A stretch of DNA of 48,334 bases from Dehalococcoidia bacterium. Its GTDB lineage: Bacteria; Chloroflexota; Dehalococcoidia; Dehalococcoidales; SURF-40. Below are positions 37,244-46,183 of the stretch, one piece after another (the first letter of the stretch is position 1; the number at the start of each line of letters is the position of its first letter). Location: positions 1 to 48,334 of the forward strand of contig QZJL01000029.1 in the NCBI GenBank assembly GCA_003599745.1. Reading direction: 5' to 3'. A program made the position numbers and the translations under genes. The notes under the pieces were generated by a model that had not been told where the DNA came from, did not search any database, and saw nothing but the letters and a program-made list of their open reading frames with translations.

Positions 37244-38064
37244 ATCCTACCCATTTCCCGCATGCGGTCGAGGCTGCTTACCTCCTGCTCGCGGATGGTG
37301 CTCCCGGTAAGCGCGATGAAAGCCTCTTCTAGCGAGGTTGTGTTCGTCCGGGCAACCAGATCATGGGGCGAGCCAATCGCGATGATTTTGCCGTGGTCAA
37401 TGATGGCAATCCGCTCGGCGATTTTCTCGGCCTCGTCCATGTAGTGGGTGGTGAAAAACACCGTCATGCCTTCCTGGCGATTGATGTCCTTGATGTAGTT
37501 CCAGATGTGGTTGCGGGTCTGGGGGTCGAGGCCGAGTGTCGGCTCGTCCAGGAAGAGTATTTTGGGGTGGTGCAGCAGCCCCCGGGCAATCTCCAGCCGC
37601 CGTTTCATGCCCCCGGAGAACGTCTTGACCAGGCTGTGGCGGCGCTCCCACAGCTCGACGAATTTCAAAAGCTCGGCGGTGCGCTCGTCCCTGATATCTT
37701 TCGGCACCTTGTACAGTATGGCGTGGTAGCGCATATTTTCCAGGCCGGTCAGGTCGTCGTCCAGGCTGGGGTCCTGGAAAACGATGCCGAACGATTTTCT
37801 CACGGCGTCCTTTCGGTTTGCCGGATCATTGCCGTCTACCGTGATTTCTCCGCCGGTCGGCTGGAGCAGGGTGGTGAGCATCTTGATGGTGGTTGACTTG
37901 CCCGCCCCGTTGGGTCCCAGGAAGGCGAATATTTCGCCCCTTTCGACACTGAAAGTGATATCGTCAACCGCTGCAAAGTCCTTGAATTTCTTGAACAGGC
38001 CGGTCACCGTAACGATGGCCCCGGAGGCCATTAAATCAACTTCCGCAGTACTTTTACCCATCAA
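37225..38064 (-). CDS. ABC transporter ATP-binding protein (DrrA-like exporter ATPase)
   Basis: Walker A GPNGAGKST, signature FSGGMKRRLEIA, Walker B ILFLDEPTLGLD. The start may be the internal Met at 38031. Confidence 0.9.
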   Translation of the reverse strand: MMGKSTAEVDLMASGAIVTVTGLFKKFKDFAAVDDITFSVERGEIFAFLGPNGAGKSTTIKMLTTLLQPTGGEITVDGNDPANRKDAVRKSFGIVFQDPSLDDDLTGLENMRYHAILYKVPKDIRDERTAELLKFVELWERRHSLVKTFSGGMKRRLEIARGLLHHPKILFLDEPTLGLDPQTRNHIWNYIKDINRQEGMTVFFTTHYMDEAEKIAERIAIIDHGKIIAIGSPHDLVARTNTTSLEEAFIALTGSTIREQEVSSLDRMREMGRMWRRQR

Positions 38065-38221
38065 TCTTCAGCGCCAACTCCGAATTTTTAATCGCGCCTG
38101 GTAAAAAGGCAGCCAGCGGCAACTTATAACGTTTTTAATTAATCATAGCAGGTCAGCGGGCAATAAGTCACATTCCGGCAGTTGACGGCGCTAGCTTTGA
38201 CTGGCGGGCAAGCTGTCCAGG

Positions 38222-40876
38222 CTACTCGTCGGCGTCCTCACCATCGGGATAGACGCCGGCGTAATATTTGGGGGAGGGACGGGCGGTGCTGGCCGTCAGC
38301 ACTTCGAGCTTTGCCACCTGCACCTTGCGGTAGACTTCCTGATAGTCCTTCTTTAAGCCGTTTACGGTGAGCAAGTCGCTGATTTTGATGCCGAAAAGCC
38401 GCTCGTTTTCCTCAAGGTAAGGCAGAATGAGTTGCCAGTCTTTTTCCGACAGAGGGGCGAACTCGCCGCCATTGAGCTGCTCATCGCTCGTCTTGCGGTG
38501 CGGGTCGCGGAGATAAATGGCGCCTCCCGAGGCCAGGGAAAAGAGATTTGAGCCCGGGTAAGGCAATTCCTGCTCGGTGATATTGCCGTCATCATCGAAG
38601 GTGACGCCGTTAACGATGACGAAGCCGCCGCCGTTTAAGGGGTCGCCGGCCATAAACGACTCCGCCAGGTAGTCAAGGCAGCTTCCGTTGATGACGACAC
38701 GCGGCCTGCCCACGGCGTTGATGAGCGGCCTCCCGGCGGCGTTACCCATGATGTAAACTTCGCCGCCTTTAGCGCCGTACATAAAGGTCTGGCCCACGTC
38801 GCCGTAAATCGCCAGCTTACCCCGTTTCATTATCTGGCCGACCTGGTCCTGAGCGTTGGCGTGTACGTAAATTTCCAGCCCGTCAATGCCGGAGGCGAGG
38901 TAATCGCCCGAGGCGTCATAGACGTCAATGCGCACCCCGTCCGAGCCGGCTCCGAGGCCTGAGCCGCAAAAACGCTGTCCCCGGTAGCCATAAGCGATGA
39001 ACTGCTTCCAGCCAAACTGGTATGCCGCCACGATGAGGCGGGCGTCGCAGTCGTCGCCCTCCGGCGGAAATTCCCTGGCATTGATTACCAGTATCTTTTC
39101 ATTACCCTCTGGCGCGCGCAAGTCGTTCCGTGTTGCCCAATCAATACGTTTGTAAGTCCCCGTTGATTTTTTGCTAATCTCCGGTATGGCAGCAAAAATG
39201 CCAGCCAAGCTCTCGCGCACCGTCTGCAGAACCAGACTACGCTTTTTGTTACCCAACGGCAGGCGGATGTCGTTGATATAGGTGAGAACGTTAACGGCGG
39301 TCGCCCGTATGGTATCATTTCCAGACGCTTCGTCTGCCAAGCCGGCGCAAAAATGCCGGAGGGCGGCGTAGTCCCAGCCGGCGATGTTCTTGCGGCAGAA
39401 CTCTTTTAGAGCTATGGCTTCGGGATTTGCCAGTGCCTCTTTTATTTTTACTTCAGCCGCTTTGCCCGAGCTTGATTTTATCGCGGCCGGCTCGACTCTT
39501 TTGCTTTCCGCTCCCACCGGCTCGCCGAACTTGTTGGTGCAGGTAAGGGTCTTGGCGCCATCAGTGCCGTCTTTTACCGTGAAGATGAAAGCGCCGCCGT
39601 CGCTCGAGCTGCCGCCGCGGGCGTTCCAGTAGCGGTCGGCGATGGGGCCAAAGCGGCTGTCCTCTCTTGCCAGGCTCTGCAGGGTAGCGTCAATCGCCTG
39701 CTTTTCCGAGCAGATAAGGCCGATTTGCGCTTCGCCGTTCTGGATGGCGAAGACCTGCGGCCTCAGCATGGCGGTATCGGTGATGCCGATGAGCTGGAAT
39801 TCTTTTCTGGCGGCGTTATTGCGGGCGATGATGAAAAACCAGGGGCCGTCCGGCGAGGCGTGGAGGTGGCTCTGCTGGATGCGCCGGTATATCGCCTGCC
39901 TGGCCACTGGTAAGCGGTCGAAGTCGTGCTCGGTGGTCGGGGCGATGGCCTCGATGATGTATTCCAGGGGGTAGCCGAAGCCCCGGCTCCAGAGGTCGAA
40001 AAGCAGCACCGAAACCTCGGTATCGGTTAGGAACTGGGGGGAAATGTTAAATTCCCTGAGATACTCGGTTATGGCGTGGTAGTTGGCGAAGTCCCCGTTA
40101 TGCACCAGGGCTTCATTCAAGCCGATAAAGGGGTGGGCGCCGCCCGGGTGCCAGACCCGTCCCTTGGTGGGGTAGCGCTGGTGGGCAATCCAGCCGTGCG
40201 CCCGGAAGTTGTCGAGTAAGTAGTATTTGGCGACCAGCTCGGCGTAGCCCACGATTTTCAAAATCATCAGGTTACGGCCGTGCGAGAGCACGAAAGCCTG
40301 TTTTTCGCCCAGCGAGGCGTAGAATTTATGGTTAAGGCGATAAGAGTTCTGGTAGATGAACTCGTCCTCGGCGGCGCGCCGGTCTAAGCCGCCGAGCCTG
40401 TTTTCGGTGATGAAGCGGCTAAGGGCGTCCTCTTTGACGCGCACGAAATAGCGGTTGACGTCGGGCGGCTTGACTTCCAGTCCCTTAATGTCGCGGTAGT
40501 CGTCAACCGTGGGCACCTTGCTTGCCTGATGGATTTCCAGATAAGGCTCGATGCACTTTTTCTCCACTCTGCCGGCGGCTTTGGGGTCGAGCAGGGCGAC
40601 CTGGAGCATGTAGTCGTTATCGAGAATGTCCGGTGACACACCGAGGTCTTCGGCCACCATGCCGACGGCGGCGATGCCGCCGCCCTTGCCGTTGCCCCGG
40701 TTATGCATCTGCACCGACGGCTCGAAAATGTGTCGTCCGCCCACCGGGAGGGAGGCGATGAAGCCGGTGACGCCGCAGCCGCCCTCTTCCGCCGCCTTGC
40801 CCTTCTCAAAGGTGTCTTCGGGTAATGCGGCGCGGGAGGCAGCTATTTTGTCGAACAGGTCATTTTTGTCAGTCAT
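38222..40876 (-). CDS. Glutamate-synthase-like protein: class II (Ntn) glutamine amidotransferase domain fused to a GXGXG (GltB C-terminal) domain
   Basis: Catalytic-Cys context EEGGCGVTGFI after a 33-aa presequence. HQRYPTKG, HNGDFANYH and DTEV are present. C-terminal region: GDVGQTFMYGAKGGEVYIMGNAAGRPLINAVGRPRVVINGSCLDYLAESFMAG. Confidence 0.85.
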   Translation of the reverse strand: MTDKNDLFDKIAASRAALPEDTFEKGKAAEEGGCGVTGFIASLPVGGRHIFEPSVQMHNRGNGKGGGIAAVGMVAEDLGVSPDILDNDYMLQVALLDPKAAGRVEKKCIEPYLEIHQASKVPTVDDYRDIKGLEVKPPDVNRYFVRVKEDALSRFITENRLGGLDRRAAEDEFIYQNSYRLNHKFYASLGEKQAFVLSHGRNLMILKIVGYAELVAKYYLLDNFRAHGWIAHQRYPTKGRVWHPGGAHPFIGLNEALVHNGDFANYHAITEYLREFNISPQFLTDTEVSVLLFDLWSRGFGYPLEYIIEAIAPTTEHDFDRLPVARQAIYRRIQQSHLHASPDGPWFFIIARNNAARKEFQLIGITDTAMLRPQVFAIQNGEAQIGLICSEKQAIDATLQSLAREDSRFGPIADRYWNARGGSSSDGGAFIFTVKDGTDGAKTLTCTNKFGEPVGAESKRVEPAAIKSSSGKAAEVKIKEALANPEAIALKEFCRKNIAGWDYAALRHFCAGLADEASGNDTIRATAVNVLTYINDIRLPLGNKKRSLVLQTVRESLAGIFAAIPEISKKSTGTYKRIDWATRNDLRAPEGNEKILVINAREFPPEGDDCDARLIVAAYQFGWKQFIAYGYRGQRFCGSGLGAGSDGVRIDVYDASGDYLASGIDGLEIYVHANAQDQVGQIMKRGKLAIYGDVGQTFMYGAKGGEVYIMGNAAGRPLINAVGRPRVVINGSCLDYLAESFMAGDPLNGGGFVIVNGVTFDDDGNITEQELPYPGSNLFSLASGGAIYLRDPHRKTSDEQLNGGEFAPLSEKDWQLILPYLEENERLFGIKISDLLTVNGLKKDYQEVYRKVQVAKLEVLTASTARPSPKYYAGVYPDGEDADE

Positions 40877-40885
40877 TGTGTTGCC

Positions 40886-42439
40886 TCATAACACCAGCTT
40901 CTTCTTCGGGGTCGGCTGATACTCCTGACGTTCTTCTTCATCCAGGTAGTCCAGGTGTACCAGCAGGTCGGAGCGCCCCACCAGTTCCCGGATGCTGCGC
41001 ATGCCGTAGCGGCGCAAAATCTCGCACCATTGCTTGCGCCAGGCGGTGTACATGTTGACCAGCCGCTGCTCCGCCCACTCCTCGCCGATTTCGCAGCCAA
41101 GCTCGGGGTCGGTGGTGGCGATGCTGCGGGCACAGCCCCGCCCGCTCTCGCAGTTGCCGCAGCGGATACATTCGAGGGCGACCAGTTCGGCGGTGCCGAT
41201 GACGGCGCCGTCGGCTCCCAGGGCGATGGCTTTCGCCACATCCACCGCGTTGCGGATGCCGCCGGAGGCCATAAAGCAAAGCTCGTCGCGCACTCCCTCG
41301 TTGAGCAAAAAGCGGTGCACTTTGGGTATGGCGTATTCGATGGGCATGGCGATGTTTTTCTTGGAAATGTCCGGGGCGGCGCCGGTGCCGCCGTACTTGC
41401 CGTCAAAATGAATGATGTTGGTGCCGGCGTAGTAGCTGCCCACCGCCACCATGTCGCAGTCGGTGGGGGTCGAGACCTTCACCGATACCAGCGCCCGGGG
41501 ATTGATTTCTTTAATCCAGTCGAGGTGCTTTTTGTGGTCTTCCACCGAGTAGACACTGTGGAAGGGAAACGGCGAAAACAGCGAGCTGCCGACCACCGTC
41601 TCGCGGATTTTGGCAACCTCGGCGGTGACTTTATCGCCCAGAAGGTGGCCGCCCAGCCCGGGTTTGGCGCCCTGGGCGTACTTGAACTCGACCACCGGGG
41701 CGCGCTGGATGGTCTCTTCCCGCACGCCGAAAAGCCCGGTCGCCACCTGGGTGATGATGTTGTCCTTGTAGGGGACAAAGGCGTCGGGGTAGCCGCCCTC
41801 ACCGGTACAGGTGAGGGTATCAAGTTTGCCGGCCGCTCGCGCCCGCGCCACCAGCACCGGCAGCGCCGTCGAGCCAAACGACATGCCGCCGGAGTAGCAG
41901 GGTAGCGAGAGCACCCTTTCCGGTCGTCCGTCCTGGCGCTTGTTAAGACAAATCGAGGTGTCAATTTCCTCATCGGGAATATCGAGATAATCTTTGGGGT
42001 CGGGGATGCGGAAGCGCATCTTGTCGAATCCGCCGCCGGAGTAGCCCAGGCTGTATTCGAGGTCAATGTAAGGCAGCTCGCCGGTCTCGGCCATGTACCA
42101 GTGTCCCAAAATCATCTCCGCCGGCCAGCGGTAGTCCCCCAGCGTCTCGATGATAGGATTAACCGCCACCGAAAGAGCCTGCTGCGGGCAGTTTTTTACG
42201 CAGTAGAAGTCGTTGGCCTGGCACTTCGGGCCGACGCACTTATAGTCGAGCGGGCGCACCGGCTGGCTGTAGCCCTCGTAACGGAGGTGCACGCCGTAAG
42301 GGCAAAGCTCGGCGCATTTTCCGCAGGAGATGCACTGCGCACTGCGCCGCACGACGTACTTGCCGATGGGGTTGCGGTAGCGGGACGGCGTTACTTTTAC
42401 CTCGGGGAGTACGGTTTTCTCAGTCATGGTGGTGCTCAC
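40886..42439 (-). CDS. Glutamate-synthase FMN-binding (central) domain protein with N-terminal 2x[4Fe-4S] ferredoxin motifs (archaeal GltB2-like)
   Basis: CISCGKCAELCP and CVKNCP, then GGMSFGS, CTGEGG, KYAQGAKPGLGGHLLGDKV, SPFPFHSVYSVEDH, ASGGIRN. The listed start is GTG 42439 (GTGA overlap with the upstream gene); ATG 42427 is an alternative. Confidence 0.85.
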   Translation of the reverse strand: MSTTMTEKTVLPEVKVTPSRYRNPIGKYVVRRSAQCISCGKCAELCPYGVHLRYEGYSQPVRPLDYKCVGPKCQANDFYCVKNCPQQALSVAVNPIIETLGDYRWPAEMILGHWYMAETGELPYIDLEYSLGYSGGGFDKMRFRIPDPKDYLDIPDEEIDTSICLNKRQDGRPERVLSLPCYSGGMSFGSTALPVLVARARAAGKLDTLTCTGEGGYPDAFVPYKDNIITQVATGLFGVREETIQRAPVVEFKYAQGAKPGLGGHLLGDKVTAEVAKIRETVVGSSLFSPFPFHSVYSVEDHKKHLDWIKEINPRALVSVKVSTPTDCDMVAVGSYYAGTNIIHFDGKYGGTGAAPDISKKNIAMPIEYAIPKVHRFLLNEGVRDELCFMASGGIRNAVDVAKAIALGADGAVIGTAELVALECIRCGNCESGRGCARSIATTDPELGCEIGEEWAEQRLVNMYTAWRKQWCEILRRYGMRSIRELVGRSDLLVHLDYLDEEERQEYQPTPKKKLVL

Positions 42440-43848
42440 ATTCCTATCCCGCTCACTTTTCGCGTGCCGAATAGCGGTGCAAAGCTATCTCTTTCGAGGT
42501 CGTCGAACCACATTGACCGGCCGACTTCGCCCCGCATCCGTCTTGCCTCGCGGATGCCGAAAGCGCCCATTACCTCCAGCAGCTGGTTGTGCCAGGCGCA
42601 CATCAGGTTGGTGATGCGCTGCGCCGCCCATCCCCGCTCAACCTCGCCGAGCTTCACCGGGCAGCTTTTGCCGTCCTTGCAGCGGTAGCAGAGACGGCAT
42701 TCCAGAGCAACGAGTAACGGCGTGTCAATCGCCACCGCGTCCGCCCCGCAGATGAGCGACTTGGCGACGTGCTCGGCCAGGATGACCCCGCCGGAAAAGA
42801 TGAGATTAACTTCCGGACGGATGCGGTTTTCCACCAGTTTGAGATGGATTTCCCGAATCATATCCTTGAGATAGCGCGGCTTTCCCGCACCCACTTCACG
42901 TCCTTTTTCGCTGCCGTAAAAGTGGATGGTATCCACCCCGGTCCTGGCAAGTTCCAGCGCCCGCGCCGCGGCTTCAGCATCCAGCGGCAGGCCGACCGAA
43001 GTAAACAGCCCCGGTTTTATAGAACGCAGGTCGGCAAAGGTTTTTTCGATGCCCGGCCCATCGGCAAGCTCAACCATGCAGCTGGCACGGATGAGGTCAG
43101 CATAGCTCTGGTAGTTGGCCGCTGTCAGGCGCGGTATTAAGCTCCCGGCGTATTCCGCGATTTGGGGTGAGTAGTTTTCTGCCTTAACGAACATCAGGCT
43201 GCCAAGCTCGCCGGCGGCTTCCGCCATCGCCAGGCGCACCGTTTCGCTCAAGATTCCGAACTCCGGCTCCTGGAAGACGATGGGCAGCGGTATTTCAAGT
43301 ATTGGCGCAGGTTCACTTGCCAGCGACATATCTTCTTTGAACTCGAGCTTTACTGGGCGGCGGGAAAGCTCGACGGTGGTGTTGATATACTCGCGCCCGT
43401 GGATGCCGTCACGGGTGGGGCGCACAATCTCCGACATGTCCGTCCAGATGGCGTCAAAGCCTTCCCCGACAAAGGGGCCTCTGTAACCGGCGCCCGAAAC
43501 CGGGATTTTGCCGGTATGCGCCTGCGCCCAGGTTGAACTGATGATATTGGGCGTAAAGTAGTCGTCGCCCATCGTCCGGTATTCCGGGTTGACCGCCATC
43601 GAGAATATGCCCTTGGTACACTCCTCGACGCAGCGGTAGCAGCTCTTGCAGATATAGAGATACTCCGGCTCGGTCATGGTGCTCCAGTGCAGGAAGTTGT
43701 CCTTGAAGATGCCGTAGACGCACCTCTTCTTGACGCAGAGGCGGCAGCTGCCGGCGCAGTCCTCGCGGAACTCCACCGTGGCATACTTGCCAACCGGCGG
43801 AAAGCGGGGGTCGGCGACTCTGGGATGTATGGCGTATTTTTTAGGCAT
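42436..43848 (-). CDS. Divergent glutamate-synthase-related paralogue with an N-terminal Cys-rich region
   Basis: The C-terminal half parallels the 517-aa neighbour: ICGADAVAIDTPLLVALECRLCYRC here, LGADGAVIGTAELVALECIRCGNC there. N-terminal Cys motifs CRLCVKKRC and CKSCYRCVEEC. Canonical FMN-site motifs are not obvious. Confidence 0.65.
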   Translation of the reverse strand: MPKKYAIHPRVADPRFPPVGKYATVEFREDCAGSCRLCVKKRCVYGIFKDNFLHWSTMTEPEYLYICKSCYRCVEECTKGIFSMAVNPEYRTMGDDYFTPNIISSTWAQAHTGKIPVSGAGYRGPFVGEGFDAIWTDMSEIVRPTRDGIHGREYINTTVELSRRPVKLEFKEDMSLASEPAPILEIPLPIVFQEPEFGILSETVRLAMAEAAGELGSLMFVKAENYSPQIAEYAGSLIPRLTAANYQSYADLIRASCMVELADGPGIEKTFADLRSIKPGLFTSVGLPLDAEAAARALELARTGVDTIHFYGSEKGREVGAGKPRYLKDMIREIHLKLVENRIRPEVNLIFSGGVILAEHVAKSLICGADAVAIDTPLLVALECRLCYRCKDGKSCPVKLGEVERGWAAQRITNLMCAWHNQLLEVMGAFGIREARRMRGEVGRSMWFDDLERDSFAPLFGTRKVSGIGM

Positions 43849-43865
43849 GATTATCTACCTGTCCG

Positions 43866-44780
43866 CTAAGCAGGCCGGGGATAGAGTTTACTTTTCTCCA
43901 CAATCTCAGGGACAACACTTTCCCACTCGATGGCCATGAGGTGGATGCCCGCCACGCCTTTAGTCTCACGCAGCTCGGCTACGGTCTCCGTGCAGATTTT
44001 GATGCCCTCTTCGGCGGCCCTGTCCTCGGGGACACCGGCCATCCGCTTGATGACCGCCTCCGGCACGCTCATACCAGCCACCTTGTTCGCCATATACTTT
44101 GCCATCCTGGTTGACTTCATCGGTGTTACCCCGGCCAGTATATAGACTTTCTCCAGCAGCCCCCGCTCTTCAGCCATTTTCAGCCACTCTTTAAAGCGCG
44201 GCAGGTCATAAACGCACTGGGTCTGGATGAACCGGGCGCCGGCGGCGATTTTTTTCGCCAGGCGGATGACGCGGTATTCGAAGGGGTCGGCGAAGGGGTT
44301 TTCCGCCGCCCCGATGAACATCTCGGGGGCAACGTTGAGTTTGTAGCCGCTCATGTCGGTGCCCTCATCGCTCATTTTCTTAACCGTATTCAGAAGGTGC
44401 ATTGAGTCAATGTCATAGACGTTTCTGGCATCGGGCTGGCTGCCGAAGGTCTGGTGGTCGCCGGAGAGGCACAGGATATTTCTGATGCCCAGGGAGTATG
44501 CTCCCATAATGTCCGATTGCAGGGCGATGCGGTTGCGGTCGCGGGTTACCATCTGCATGACCGGCTCGATGCCCATCTGGAGAAGATGGGCGCAGGCGGC
44601 GACGCTTGACATGCGCACGATGGCCGTCTGGTTATCGGTCACGTTGACGGCGTCGGTGTAGCCTTTTAAGGCCGCGCCTTTCTTTTTGATGACCTCGGCG
44701 TTGGCGCCGCGAGGCGGGCCGCACTCGGCGGTCACCGCGAACTGGCCGCTTAGTAATATTTGTTCCAGTCGGGTGGTCAT
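43866..44780 (-). CDS. metF: Methylenetetrahydrofolate reductase, MetF subunit (acetogen/anaerobe MetFV type)
   Basis: FAVTAECGPPRG, VNVTDNQTAIVRMSS, CLSGDH, and the TIM-barrel pattern typical of MetF. ATGA overlap with metV. Confidence 0.88.
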   Translation of the reverse strand: MTTRLEQILLSGQFAVTAECGPPRGANAEVIKKKGAALKGYTDAVNVTDNQTAIVRMSSVAACAHLLQMGIEPVMQMVTRDRNRIALQSDIMGAYSLGIRNILCLSGDHQTFGSQPDARNVYDIDSMHLLNTVKKMSDEGTDMSGYKLNVAPEMFIGAAENPFADPFEYRVIRLAKKIAAGARFIQTQCVYDLPRFKEWLKMAEERGLLEKVYILAGVTPMKSTRMAKYMANKVAGMSVPEAVIKRMAGVPEDRAAEEGIKICTETVAELRETKGVAGIHLMAIEWESVVPEIVEKSKLYPRPA

Positions 44781-45445
44781 ACCATCAAGTCCTCTCTGAC
44801 CAGTTTCCGGGGGCCGCCGGCGTCGGCGGTGCGCCAGTCCTTCGGGGGGACGTAGTTATAGAGCTTTTCCGTCTCGCCGAAGGCCTGGTAGCGGTCAATG
44901 ATGAGCTGCCAGGCGCAGTCGGTCTCGGGATTTACCTCGCACTTACCGTTTTTCGAGCCGCCGCAGGGGCCGTTGAGCAGCTTCTTGGAGCAACGGCTGA
45001 TGGGGCAGATGCCCGAAAACACATCCAGGACGCAGTTGCCGCAGCCCAGGCACTTCTCGGTAAAAAGCCCCGGCTGCTCCAGAATGCCGATAAAGGTGGT
45101 GTTCACCCCGGGCAGCACCGGTATTTTGGGAAAGCGGCTGGCAACCATCTGCACCCCGGCACCGCAGGCCAGTGACAGGACCGCCTGGTTCTGGGTCGCC
45201 AGGGATGCCGCCTGCCGGATGAATTCGCCCTCGCACTGGCGCTCGACCGTAAGCTCGCTGATTTTGGTTTTCTTACCGTCCTTGCCGAAGGCCAGGCGCA
45301 GCGCGGAAGCCAGCGTCGCCACCTCTTCCTCGCCGCCGGCAAAACAGGTCTTGACGCACGTCCCGCAGCCTAAAATGAGGAAATTGTCATAAGGCGCGAC
45401 CATGGCCTTGATTTCCTCAAGCGGTTTTTGCTCGCCAACTATCAT
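44777..45445 (-). CDS. metV: Methylene-THF reductase-associated MetV subunit (MTHFR C-terminal/zinc-ribbon FeS protein)
   Basis: LILGCGTCVKTCFAGG, CLGCGNCV, CPISRCSKKLLNGPCGGSKNGKCEV...CAW. Confidence 0.8.
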   Translation of the reverse strand: MIVGEQKPLEEIKAMVAPYDNFLILGCGTCVKTCFAGGEEEVATLASALRLAFGKDGKKTKISELTVERQCEGEFIRQAASLATQNQAVLSLACGAGVQMVASRFPKIPVLPGVNTTFIGILEQPGLFTEKCLGCGNCVLDVFSGICPISRCSKKLLNGPCGGSKNGKCEVNPETDCAWQLIIDRYQAFGETEKLYNYVPPKDWRTADAGGPRKLVREDLMV

Positions 45446-45484
45446 ATTCTCACTCCGCTAAAATGTGGCTAGGATTAAACTCTG

Positions 45485-45946
45485 TTAAGAGACGGGATTT
45501 GTCCCCAGCGCCTCCAGCCCGGCGAGGGTCTCTTTTAGGATGTGCTCAACAGCCGTGTCGTCTCCCTGGGTAACGTTGAAAATGTTGAGCCGCCCGCCGC
45601 CCAGCCCGATTTCATCGAGCATCTTTTTTACCCTGGCGACCCGCCTGGCCGCCCGGAGGTTACCGGAAACGTGCCGGCAGGCGCCCTCAGGGCACGCCAG
45701 CACGAGCACGGCATCGGCTCCGGCCTCGAATGCCCGCAGCAGAAAGACCTCTCGTGTCATGCTGGAGCACGGCATTTTTACGGCCTTGAGTTCGCAGTCA
45801 CCGTTGTTCTCAAAGGCTAAGTCGGCGGCATTAAAACAGTGGAATACCGTAATCTTGGGCCGGAACGCCCTTTTAGCGAGACTGACTTCCTCTGCGGTTC
45901 GGGTGGTTACCATGTTGCCCTGCCTTTTGCCGTCATTATGCGGCAA
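45485..45946 (-). CDS. mvhD: MvhD/FlpD-like hydrogenase iron-sulfur subunit
   Basis: ITVFHCFNAA...KMPCSSMTREVFLLRAFEAGADAVLVLACPEGACRH fits the MvhD (methyl-viologen-reducing hydrogenase delta) pattern. The start may be ATG 45913. Confidence 0.82.
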   Translation of the reverse strand: MPHNDGKRQGNMVTTRTAEEVSLAKRAFRPKITVFHCFNAADLAFENNGDCELKAVKMPCSSMTREVFLLRAFEAGADAVLVLACPEGACRHVSGNLRAARRVARVKKMLDEIGLGGGRLNIFNVTQGDDTAVEHILKETLAGLEALGTNPVS

Positions 45947-46154
45947 GCGGTTGCCGTTGTATGTTATTTAAATATTACACGGTATTTCGGGTTTTGTCAA
46001 GCTACGTAATTATCGGAGGGAGAAAGCCACCGGTCTTTTAGACGGCAAAATAAATGCTAAAATTGCCGTATTATTTTACATTTGAAGGTGGCGCCCCTGA
46101 CTTTGCAGCCTTTTTAGCGCCCATTTTGCCGCTGGCCGGCGGCTGATTTAAGGG

Positions 46155-46183
46155 TGGACAAGCGGCTTTGATTTCGCTACTAT
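46155..46183 (+). promoter_or_regulatory. Candidate promoter of the glucan phosphorylase gene
   Basis: TGGACA (46155-46160), 17-nt spacer, TACTAT (46178-46183). The second in-frame ATG (46194) lies 10 nt downstream with no SD. Confidence 0.4.

Noticed and set aside
38182-38370. Listed 62-aa plus-strand ORF at the 3' end of the amidotransferase-GXGXG gene.
   Set aside because: It is mostly antisense to the 884-aa gene, Arg-rich, and has no SD.
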